Shown here piece after piece: positions 1 through 11,279 of a stretch of DNA of 64,000 bases (position 1 is its first letter; the number at the start of each line of letters is the position of its first letter). A model generated the notes under the pieces. It was not told the DNA's origin. It was given only the letters and a program-made list of their open reading frames with translations, and made no database searches. The DNA is taken from positions 15,614,929-15,678,928 of the forward strand of contig OZ199838.1 in the NCBI GenBank assembly GCA_964304625.1. Direction: 5' to 3'. The stretch comes from Kudoa neothunni (taxonomy: Eukaryota; Animalia; Cnidaria). The position numbers were made by a program, and so were the translations under genes.

Positions 1-75
1 ATGGACCCTGATGCAACATCACATGATAAAACTGATGAAAACGAGACAACAGCAGACGATCAAGAAAGAAAATGA
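1..75 (+). CDS. 3' end (acidic tail) of an upstream five-Kunitz paralog, copy 0, partial
   Basis: Reads MDPDATSHDKTDENETTADDQERK*, matching the QMDPD...DDQE tails of the complete copies. Its downstream flank is homologous to the flank after copy F. Confidence 0.85.
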   Translation: MDPDATSHDKTDENETTADDQERK

Positions 76-1140
76 TGACGCGAGACATTTTTTGTCAATA
101 ATTACTTTAATTCGTATATTTAGTTATTCTCATATTACAATCACATAAAATCATTAATATTCTCTAGCCATACATCCAAATTTGCAATATTTAGATTACT
201 CAGATCAATATGAGATTTTTTGTAATAAATTCCAGAATCGTTAAATTAAATTGAGTTTTATCATTAAAATATTTATATCAAATAAATTTATACCAAAATT
301 TGCCATACGCCAATAAACACCTCAAAACCTGAAAGGGATGACTATTAACAAATAACACTAAAAACTGCAATTCTGTAAAAATAACAAATAAAACTAACCA
401 TTTCCTATCAAATGTGTTCAGTAATATTGGGGGTAAGTTGAAAACTATCCTAAATAACTTACCTTCCTTTATAGTCCTTGTTGGAGCCGTCACTTTTGTC
501 ATAGTTGACATCGTTATTATTGTTGTTTTCTCTAAACTTCTTCCTTTTATTTTCTCAACAAAATCTAAGTTACTATTTTTTAAATATTATATGTACAAAT
601 ACTTTATTATTATGTTATTTTCTTGCGTTACTCTTTTTTTGTTTCTACGATATGTGAATTATAAAAAATGTTATGGGGGTTAGAAGTATTGGCGTTATTG
701 TATTCAATTTTAATTTTATATTAAAATATTTATCGAATGTTATACACACTTGTTTATATAAAAGGTTTGTTATAAGAAATTAAATAAAATAATGTCTGAC
801 CTTAAATAAGTTTATTTTAATCTGCAGTCAATTTAATAACTTAATTAAATTTTTTAATTTGGATGAATATTACATAGGTTATAAATTATTTTTAAATCAA
901 CATTTTTTGAGATTCGTGATATTACATTCATATTGATTGTGAATTAAATTTTTGTCAGAAAGAATACATGAATGTATACATAATTCGATGTTTAGCTAGG
1001 AGCTTTTATAAACGCATTTATTTTATTATATTTCTCAGAAATGATCAACTATTTACAGATTTATAGTATGTGAATTGTTCTATTCTATTTATCAAAAAAT
1101 CTAATCTTAAAGACCGTTCAAAAACAAAACTCGTTTTATG

Positions 1141-1235
1141 ATCAATGAATAATGCAATTGATTGGTCACTTGTATTTAGAAACATCGGCGTATTATTTAT
1201 TTAGCGACTTTTTCAATTAAATATTGGTATTTGTG
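1141..1235 (+). promoter_or_regulatory. Conserved family upstream module (ATCAAT-N10-ATTGAT, AAACATCGGCGTATTATTTAT, TCAATTAAATATT)
   Basis: The core motif recurs about 60-85 nt before every family ATG: 1180, 3792, 8379, ~15937(-), 22103, 31959, 34597, 42112(-), 46665, 50046, 55341. More distal flanks diverge. Confidence 0.7.
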
Positions 1236-1260
1236 ATTTCCATTTACTATAACTGAAAAC

Positions 1261-2719
1261 ATGTTATTTTTATTAACATTTGTTGTTGTAAGTGTCAACT
1301 ATTTTAATATAAGATCAGGTACACTTCTTTCATTCAATCTAAATAATGCCAGTATAGAACCACCACTTCTTTCTTATGAAAAAGACGTGGGTGAATTTAA
1401 AGCAGGAGAAGATATAAACAATGAACTCACAAGATGGTATATCAATATAAAAACAACTAAATGCGAAACTTTCCAATACAGAGGAACAAAAGGCAACTTT
1501 AACAACTTTAGAACGAAAATAGAATGTGATAGGCATCGTAAATTTTCTATCAATGTCATAGACTAAATTTATATAGTTGAAAATCCTGTTTCTGATAAAA
1601 TTAATGGTTGCCAAGATGATGTTAAGTTGGCGGGGCCTTGTAGCATGAAAACAGAAAAATGGTCATGGGACCCGTCTAAAGCTGTTTGTGAAAAGTTTGA
1701 ATACTCAGGTTGTGGTGGGAGTAAAAACAGATATGATTCAGAAGAAGAATGCAAAAATTTCTGTTTTAGTATATTTGACATAAAAACACTTGATTAATAA
1801 TAACATTTTTTACACGAAGATAAGGAATATGGGAATCCAACTAATCCGGACACGTTAAATAGCAAAGATGGCAAAAACGAATACGCCCTTCCAAATTATC
1901 ATGACTGTCACTTGAAACCAGACCTTCAAAAGAGTGATGCTGAGATCAAAGCTATCGCATTAATTAATGAGAAACAATGTGTGTACGCGGCAGCAGCATT
2001 AAACGATGAAAAAAAACCGATAAGAGGAGCATTCAACACTATTAACGAATGCGTGAAAAAATGCTTTCGTAATTGATACGCTCATAAATTAAATAATGTT
2101 TCAATAGCTTATGAGAATGATTATGCGGCTACTAATGACGAAGATAAAATGAAACAGAAAATACCTGCATGTAGTAGAGTACAGCCTGATCAGTTTGAAA
2201 AATCAAATTCATCTGTTGGTGATAAACCAACAATAAGATTCTATTACGACCATAGCAACAAGGGCTGTTCACGCTTTGAAAGTTGGCCTGGAGAATTTGA
2301 TAAATCTAAAAATAATTTTCCTTCAGCTGAAATCTGCGAAAGTTATTGTGGATGGGGTAAATTACTAAACCTCCGAATTTTTTACTTAAAATTAAATAGA
2401 TAAGCCTGAGGATACTAAAGCTATAGAAAGAGAACCTGTTTGTTATATGCCAAAAGCTGGTGAATACAGCAAAACTGATAATATTAATGGAAATCTTAAA
2501 GTTAAAAGATGGTATTTCGATAGTTCCGAAAATAAATTTAAATGTCGTTCGTTCTTGTTTGGTGGACTCAACGGAAATGCTAATAATTTTAAATCATTCG
2601 CCGCTTGCAAAGTTATTTGCTGGAAACAAATGGATCTCGATGAAACATCGTTTAGTAAAGATGATGATGATGATAAATACACTGGAACTAATGATGATGA
2701 ACAACATAATTCACAATGA
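1261..2719 (+). CDS. Secreted five-Kunitz-domain protein, copy A (~415 aa, 6 exons)
   Basis: Exons 1261-1318, 1358-1537, 1577-1768, 1820-2068, 2108-2356 and 2400-2719 join in one open frame through GT-AG introns of 39, 39, 51, 39 and 43 nt, all phase 1. Hydrophobic N-terminus MLFLLTFVVVSV. Kunitz signatures include FQYRGTKGNFNNF, CEKFEYSGCGGSKNRYDSEEECKNFC and FLFGGLNGNANNF. Confidence 0.9.
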
Positions 2720-3873
2720 AATATATTTTTTCTCGATATTTACTTTAATCTAGTATAATTGATTAAATTCATATTACATTTACTTTAAAATAATGACTTT
2801 TGTTTAGCCAATACTACAAAATTAATAACATAGGTTTTCCCGATCAATATGAAATTTTTATGAAATAAATGGGAGATTTATTAAATAAAATTGAGTTTTA
2901 TCATTAAGATATTTGTGACGAATAAATTTCTACCTAAACTAACACTTACACTAATTAACACTTCGACTCCTGCAAATGATGACTTCAAACAAATAATACT
3001 AAAAATCAACAAATTAACAAAAGGAAAAAATAAAACAAATCATTTTCTATCAACTGTATTCAATTATGTAGGCGGTAAGTCGGAAAGTACCCTTAATAAC
3101 CTACCCCTTTTACATTCATTGTTGGAGCTGCCACTCTAGTCATAATTGCTATCGGTATTATTTTTTACTTTAAATTTATTCCTTTTATTTTCTCAAACAA
3201 ATATATATGAGTATTTGTTAAATATTATTTATATAAATGTTTATATTCCATTATTTTTTTGCGTTATGCGTACGTTGTCGTTATGATTATGAAAATTTAA
3301 AAAATGTAATGAAATTTAGAATTATCGCAGATGTTTCGTCCCATTTTAATTTTAAATAAAAAATTTTATGTTATAAGGAATGAACTAAAATAATGTCTGA
3401 CTTTAAATCAGTTTATTTTAATCGTTATTCAATTTAATAATTTTATTCAATTTTTAAATTTGGAAGGACATTACATAAGTTATAAATTGATTTAAAATTA
3501 ACATATTTTGAGATAAGTGATATTATATTCATACTGATTGGGAATTACAGTTTTGTCTGAAAGAATGTATGAATGTATAAATAATCCGATGTTTTTCTAT
3601 GAGATTATAATAAAACATTTATTTATCTCTATTTTTAGGCATAATTAACTTTTGGTAGATTTATAAAAGGTATATTATTTGATAATATTTATCATTAAAT
3701 CAAATTAAAATATTCGAATCAAAAAAACCGTTAAAAAATAGCTCATTTTATGATTAATGAATAACACTATTGATTTATTACCTGTGCTTAGAAACATCGG
3801 CGTATTATTTATTCAGGACGTTCTCAATTAAATATTAGTATTTGTGAATTTCATTAATTATTGCGGACAAAAA

Positions 3874-5312
3874 ATGTTATTTTTATTAACATTTGTTGTT
3901 GTAAGTGTCAACTATTTTAATATAAGATCAGGTACACTTCTTTCATTCAATCTAAATAATGCCAGTATAGAACCACCACTTCTTTCTTATGAAAAAGACG
4001 TGGGTGAATTTAAAGCAGGAGAAGATATAAACAATGAACTCACAAGATGGTATATCAATATAAAAACAACTAAATGCGAAACTTTCCAATACAGAGGAAC
4101 AAAAGGCAACTTTAACAACTTTAGAACGAAAATAGAATGTGATAGGCATCGTAAATTTTCTATCAATGTCATAGACTAAATTTATATAGTTGAAAATCCT
4201 ATTTCTGATAAAATTAATGGGTGCGAAGACACGGCTAAATTGGCAGGACCTTGCAAAGCTCAGAGTATAACAAAATGGTCTTGGAATAAAGAAACTGCTG
4301 CTTGTGATGAATTTCAATACTCAGGTTGTGGTGGTAATAGAAACAGATACGATTCAGAAAAAGAATGCAAAATATTCTGTTATAGTATGTTTTATACAAA
4401 AATATTAATTAATAACAACATTTTTATACGCAGATTTGGAATACGGGAAACCAGCTAGTGATGCGAGTTTAACTAACCAGGAAGATAAAAAAGAATACGC
4501 CATTCCAAGTTATTATGACTGTCACTTGAAGCCAGACCTTCAAATAGCCAATGCTAAAATCAAGGCTATAGCATTAATTAATGAGAAACAATGTGTGTAT
4601 GCGGCAGCAGGATTGAAAGACAATAAAAAGATAAGAGGAGCATTCGATACTATTAATGAATGCATTCAAAAATGCTTTCGTAATTAATACATCATCTATT
4701 TAAATAATGTTTCAATAGCATATGAATATGATGGGACAGCTACTGAGGATAAGAAAGTAAAACAGAAAATACCAGCATGCGGCAGAGTACAGCCTGATCA
4801 GTTTGGAAAACCAGAGTCAACTTCCGGTGTTAATCCGACAATAAGATTTTACTACGACCATAGCAACAAAGGTTGCTCACGCTTTGAGAGCTGGCCCGGT
4901 ATTTTTGACATCAACAAAAATAATTTTCCTTCAGCCGAAATCTGTGAAAGTTATTGTGGATGGGGTAAATTACTAAACCTCCATTTTTAATGAAAATTAA
5001 ATAGAGAAGATTGAAGATACTAGACCTATAGAAAGAGAACCCGTTTGTTATATGCCAAAAGCTGGTGAATTCCGCAAAGATGATAATATTAATGGAAATT
5101 TAAATGTTAAAAGATGGTATTTTGATAGTTCCGAGGACCAATTTAAGTGCCGTTGGTTCTTCTTTGGTGGGCTCAATGGAAATGCTAATAATTTCAAATC
5201 ATTCGAAGCTTGTAAAGCTATTTGCTGGGAACAGATGGACCCTGATACATCGCAATATAATAAGGAAGATGATAACTCTGGAACTGAAGACGATCAAGAA
5301 AAGAGAGGATGA
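3874..5312 (+). CDS. Five-Kunitz protein, copy B
   Basis: Same 6-exon structure with an open frame. Module-2 loop is AKLAGPCKAQSITKW. The intron-3 acceptor is CAG here, supporting the AAG acceptor at the same position in other copies. Confidence 0.9.
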
Positions 5313-5404
5313 AGAAAGACAATTTTTTCAATAACTTCCTTAAATTAATACAAGTAGTTAACCTCATATTACATTTACTTTGAAACAATGCCTTTTATCT
5401 AGCC

Positions 5405-7362
5405 CCGGGGTCACCAAAGTTTTTAACCGACTGGTCAAATTTTCGATTTTAATAAGCTTCGAGGGCTGGATTAAAAAATTTTTTTCGAAAAGTAGTTATA
5501 AAGATGAAACGAAAATAATGTAAATATACAGGAATTATGAATTTGTATTTGAATGTGTATGTGAAATAGGTAACTGATTCCTGTGGCAGGATTTATTACA
5601 TTTCAGTTTTGAGGATTACATTGGGATTATGAACTATCCGTTGTCTATTGTATAATTCACAAAATTCAATAAGTTAACCATATTTATAGTTGTAATTAAG
5701 AATCACCATTTTGTGAGGTGTAAAATTCATAGTTTATTTATTTGATCATAGAAAGTTGTGTAATGCTAATATAGTCAGCGTTGCCAACCCAAATCGGACA
5801 AACTAGAATTTTTTGTAAAATCATAACTAATATTAAATTATATGTATAAATATTACGTTAATTTGTAATTAACTAAGAAACTTCAAATTCATGACATCAT
5901 TTGATCGATGTGTTGAAAAATTTCCCCATTAGAACAAAATTATCTAGTGTAGAGCACTACATTCTATTTCTTCTGATTTTTACGATAATTTCAGGAGAGA
6001 AAATGCTCTTTCCGGAGAAGCGTTAATCAGAGCTAGAAGAAGTAAAGATGTGCTGTATTTTCCGATGCAGTTAAAATTTATTTGCCGATTATCAATGACC
6101 AAAAAGGCGATTGTTAATAATTTAATGAAACAAACTTTGTTTTTGAGACAATTCAATTCCTTTAATTTCAAACAATTCTATTACAGCCTTTGGTTCGATT
6201 ATTGATTAACACGTAGCAACTATATCTAGATGTGGTATATTTTTATGTGTGGCCATTCATTCATTAAAATTAAGATACACTAGTCAAGAAGATAATATTT
6301 AGTTAAATTTTAATTTGTTTAGGTAATACCTAACATTAGGATTTTTTGACAATTGATAACAAACACTCGTAATGATAACTTAGCATTGGATATTACCAAC
6401 ATCAGAGTCTATTTTTTAATTCAAACACAAAAATCTCTTCGTAGTAATTCCAAAATGGTTCATGGTCATGATTAAACTGCCTTGTCCCAATAACGCCAAA
6501 AAAACCAAAATGTTGGTTTTAACAGGAGCATAACATTTAAAAATGTGTTCATTTTGATAAATTTTTGGTATGTTTTTTTAAGCTCAATTTTTCTATTACG
6601 TAGGCTTTAAGAATTATTAAAAATTCTAATTGTACCTTGCGTTTGGTGAATTTCTATTGCAGACATTTTAATTTGAAATACAGCATTGTTCTAAGTATAA
6701 AATTATCTACACGAAGATTTCTCGTAATGAAATCAGCAAAGATTAAATTCAATTTATTTTTAATTTGCAATAGTTCCTTAAATTTGAAACATTGTTTTGC
6801 GGTTATTCAGTCTTTCGAAGAACAAGAGTAAAAATCGGACTCGGTTGGCAACGCTGAATAAGGTTTTCATTTGTCGAGTTACAAACTTTTTTATTATTTC
6901 TTTATTAGTCGTCTTTTGAAGATAAGTATATAATTTTATAAAAAACTGTATATGATGCTAGAAAATATCTAACAGTGATTATTGTCCCATCATTTTAAAT
7001 TTCTTGTATCAAATCAATTAAACTCAACTAGATTAAAAATTGGAGCTAATTAATTTAATTTATAAGTTTAAATAACTAAGAATTTTAAATTAATCGAAGT
7101 TACGAATCAAATAAATCTTGAAACATGTATTTTATCGATTTGTACGTTTTACATTAATAATCTTGTTATATTAATGTGCCGATTTCTCTTTTGTTTCAAT
7201 TAAGATAAATAAAAACGTTAAAGGAATTAAATGATATTTTTAATCAACACTCATCTACCAAAGTAATGTATTGATAGTCCTCAAACAAGTCAATACAATA
7301 TCGTGCGCGCGAGTGCATTCGAATGTTGGGGGACATTGCTGGCCTTACTTTGGTGACCCCCG
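5405..7362. mobile_element. Non-autonomous hAT element
   Basis: TIRs CCGGGGTCACCAAAGT / ACTTTGGTGACCCCCG with a degenerate 8-bp TSD (atctagcc/gtctcttc). The empty site gtttagcc-aat is visible in the 3' flanks of copies A, C and G. Confidence 0.8.
5776..6856 (-). mobile_element. hAT deletion derivative nested inside the previous element
   Basis: TIRs CAGCGTTGCCAACC / GGTTGGCAACGCTG, TSD aatatagt/aataaggt. Remnant hAT dimerisation motif LALINASPERAFS in ORF 5980-6171. Confidence 0.85.
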
Positions 7363-8457
7363 GTCTCTTCAATGTTACAAAATTAGTATTATGGGTTTTC
7401 TAAATCAATATGAGATTTTTTGAAATAAATTCCAGAATTATTAAATTAAAATAAGTTGTTATACATTGAAATATTTGTCTCAAATTATTTTATACCTAAA
7501 TTTATCATACGCCAATAAACAGTTCAGAAACTGAAAGTGACGACTCTTAACTAATAATACAAAAAACTGCAATTCTGTATAAATAACAAATAAAACTAAC
7601 TATTTCCTATCAAATGTATTCGGTAATGTTGGGTTTAAGTTGAAAACTTTCCTAAATAACATACCTTCCTTTATATTCCCTGTTGGAGCCGTCACTCTTG
7701 CCATAGTTGACATCGTTATTATTGTTGTTTTCTTTAAATTTCTTCCTTGTATTTTCTCAAACAAATCTAAATAACTACTTGTTAAATATTATTTATATAA
7801 TTTGTTTATTTTGTTATTTTCTTGAATTAAGCTTATTTTGTCGTTATGATGACGTAAATAAATAAATATACTAGGGTTTTGAATTATTAGCATTATTGTT
7901 TTAAATTATGATCCTTCACTAAAATATTTATTAATTGTTATACATACTTTTTGATATAAAAATGTTGTGTTGTAAGAAATGAAATTATTTATAAGCCTAA
8001 ATCAGTTTATTTAATCTGTAGTCAATTTGTTAACTTTAGTAATATTTTTATGATGAATATTATATAAGCTATACATTTTTTGTAATTAACATATTTTGGG
8101 ATATGTGATATTTTATTCATACTGAATGTGAATTAAAGTTTTGTCTGAAGGAATGTATGAATGTATACATAATTCGATGTTTTACTATGAGATTACAATA
8201 TAGCATTTATTTTCCACAATTTTTTGGGCATAATTAAATATTAATAGATTTACTGTGTGTAAATTGTTCGATAATATTTATCGAAAATCTAAGCGAAATA
8301 TTCGAATTAAAAAAACCGTTAAAAATAGCTCATTTTATGGTCAATGAATAATGCTATTGATTTATTACTTGTATTTAGAAACATCGGCGTATTATTTATC
8401 GACTTTCTCAATTAAATATTATTATTTGTGAATCTCATTTATTATAGTTGACAAAAA

Positions 8458-9899
8458 ATGTTATTTTTATTAACATTTGTTGTTTTAAGTGTTAACTATT
8501 TTCATATACGATCAGGTACACATTTTTCATTCAATCTAAATAATGCCAATATAGAAACACCACTTCCTTCTTATAAAAAAGACGTGGGTGAATTCAAAGC
8601 AGGGGAAGATATAAACAATGAACTCACAAGGTGGTATATCAATACAGAAACAACTAAATGCGAAACTTTCCAATACAGAGGAACAAAAGGAAACTTTAAC
8701 AACTTTAGAACGGAAATAGAATGCAAAAGACATCGTAAACTTTCTATTTATGTCGTAGAATAAATTTATATAGTTGAAAATCCTATTTCTGATAAGATTA
8801 ATGGGTGCGAAGACGATGCTAAGATAAAGGGGTTTTGCAGTGATAAGGATACAAAAAAATGGTCTTGGAATAAAGAAACTGCTGCTTGTGATGAATTTCA
8901 ATATTCAGGTTGTGGTGGGAATAGAAATAGATACGATTCAGAAGAAGAATGCAAAAATTTCTGTTTTAGTATGTTTAACACAAACATATTTACTAATAAC
9001 CACATTTTTACACAAAGATAAGGAATATGGGAAACTAACTGTTTCTATGGAGCAAAGTAAATCAGAAGAAATTAAAAAATATGCCATTCCAAATTATCAT
9101 GACTGCCATTTGAAACCAGACCTCCAGAAGAGAGATGCTGAAATCAAAGCTATAGCATTAATTGATCAGAAGCAGTGTGTGTATGCGGCGGCAGGATTGG
9201 AAGGTTCAACTAAACCGATAAGAGGAGCATTCAACACTATTAACGAATGCGTAAAAAAATGCTTCCGTAATTATTATTCTCATAATTTAAATAATGTTTC
9301 AATAGCATATGAACATGATGATGCTCCTGATAACGAGAAAAGGAAACAAAAAATACCTGCATGTAGTAGAGTGCAACCTGATCAGTTTGGAAAGACAGGG
9401 GATGCAAACCAAAACCCAACAATAAGATTCTATTACGACCATAGCAACAAAGGTTGCTCACGCTTTGAGAGCTGGCCCGGTGCTTTTGACATCAACAAAA
9501 ATAATTTCCCTTCAGCCGAAATCTGCGAAAGTTATTGTGGATGGGGTAAATTACTAAACCTCCGAATTTTTTACTTAAAATTAAATAGAAAGGGCTGTAG
9601 AAGAGGGTGCTATAGAAAGAGAACCTGTTTGTTATATGCCAAAAGCTGGTGAATACAGCGCAACTGATAATATTAATGGAAATCTTAATGTTAAAAGATG
9701 GTATTTTGATAGTTCCGAGGATCAATTTAAGTGCCGTTGGTTCTTCTTTGGTGGACTCAATGGAAATGCGAATAATTTTAAATCTTTTGAGGCCTGCAAA
9801 GTTATTTGTTGGAAACAAATGGACCCTGATGCAACGGAACATAATAAGGAAGTTGATAACTCTAATACTGGTGACGATAAACTAAAAGGTCAATCGTGA
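8458..9899 (+). CDS. Five-Kunitz protein, copy C
   Basis: Same exon structure. Module-2 loop is AKIKGFCSDKDTKKW. Confidence 0.9.
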
Positions 9900-10581
9900 G
9901 ATATATACCCTCAATATTTACTCTAAACTAGTATAATTAATTAACTTCATATTATATTTACTTTAAAATAATGACTTTTGTTTAGCCAATTCTACAAAAT
10001 CAGTAATATCGGGTTTTCCGATCAATATGAATTTTTTATGAAATAAATGGGAGATCTATTAAATAAAATTGAGTTGTATCATTGAAATATTTATCTCAAA
10101 TAAAGTTAGAATTAAATAAATGAAAAGAAGTATTTCCAATACATAAGTGTAATAATACTAATGTTACAAGTAAAGAAATATTTTATTCATTAAACAATTC
10201 TGTTTTCTGCGTTTTTTATATATGTTAACATATTAAAGAAGCTATCGCAACAGGAGCCATCCATCTTATTAAATTTAAATGAGACAAATTCTTCTAGTTC
10301 TTTCTCGTTCTTGGATTTGCATTTATAATCAAATTTATGAAATTAAATACTCTCTATTAAATCTAAAGAGGAGATTATTGTGAAACAATAAGTGTTTAAT
10401 TTTGAGTGGATCCACTGCATCATTGATTCTGCCGTATATCTCGATACGCGCATTTCCGAAAATAATAATTGGATTGATTAGAACTTTGAATATGCCGACA
10501 CGTATTTAATTCAATGAGACATTTTATGAAATCTTTACTATTCACTACCTTAAAACGCAGGGGTCGGCAACCTAAGGCTCT

Positions 10582-10620
10582 TTAACCCTTTCGTGTCTAG
10601 TGATGTCATATGACATCACT
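10582..10620 (+). mobile_element. piggyBac-like terminus with a subterminal palindrome
   Basis: TTAA-CCCTTTCGTG followed by the perfect 22-bp palindrome AGTGATGTCATATGACATCACT (10599-10620). No partner end found. Confidence 0.5.
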
Positions 10621-10624
10621 TTGT

Positions 10625-11115
10625 TAATTACCAATATTTTTATTTCTGACGCACCTAGGGTCGACTTTATTTTTTTCATCGTTCGTAGACTAATAACAAC
10701 TTTTATAACTATAAGGATTAATTTTTATCGCAGAATTTTTAAAAGAACTAAAAGTCCTATTTAAGTCACTTTATGATTTTGTTTAATAAATAAATAAACT
10801 TTAATAGTTAATTACTTCGCTCATAAAATTAAGGTGTTTATATTTATTGCCAATAGTTTGTAAAATAAACTTATAAATAGAGGTGTTGAGGGAAATTACT
10901 GAGTAAAATGCGTGCATACTTTGGTGTATCTAAATCACCACACTGAAAAAATAATGTCAAAAAATTCATAAATAAAAATGGAGAAATAAAATTTACAGGG
11001 TTTAACGTGCTGATTAGATTAAATCTTTCGTAGGATTTCTTCACTCAGAAATGAAACTAAAAATTAAAATTTTCCATCACACAACACCAGGCATAAATTG
11101 GACATTAGCGCTATT
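10625..11115 (+). repeat. Dispersed repeat ending in a Helitron-like 3' terminus
   Basis: Reverse-complement homology to ~37884-38390. The last ~80 bp (AAAATTTTCCATCACACA...GGCA...ATTAGCGCTA) also occurs at ~31310-31387. Confidence 0.55.
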
Positions 11116-11279
11116 TACTTAATAATCCAAAAGGCTTTAACTTGCGCCTGACTTTAGACTACTTGGCTGGGTAAGGAAACCTTCGCGAAGCGAGACTTTT
11201 GCGCTAGTACTTGATAAATAAATAAGCAGATAACTGAAAAAGACTTATTTTGTTGAGAAATTTTTTCATAATTGGTTTA

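Noticed and set aside
1339-1781. Recurrent antisense and off-frame ORFs over the Kunitz genes (e.g. 1339-1614, 2460-2753, 8840-9652, 55740-56255)
   Set aside because: They are shadows of the duplicated exons or read-through across introns. They recur only because the underlying gene is repeated.
1261-2719. Operon-like cluster of several small single-Kunitz genes, or a prokaryotic locus
   Set aside because: Conserved GT-AG introns join the ORFs into one frame with a single signal peptide and one promoter module. The IS-like transposases fit eukaryotic Merlin and Tc1 families.
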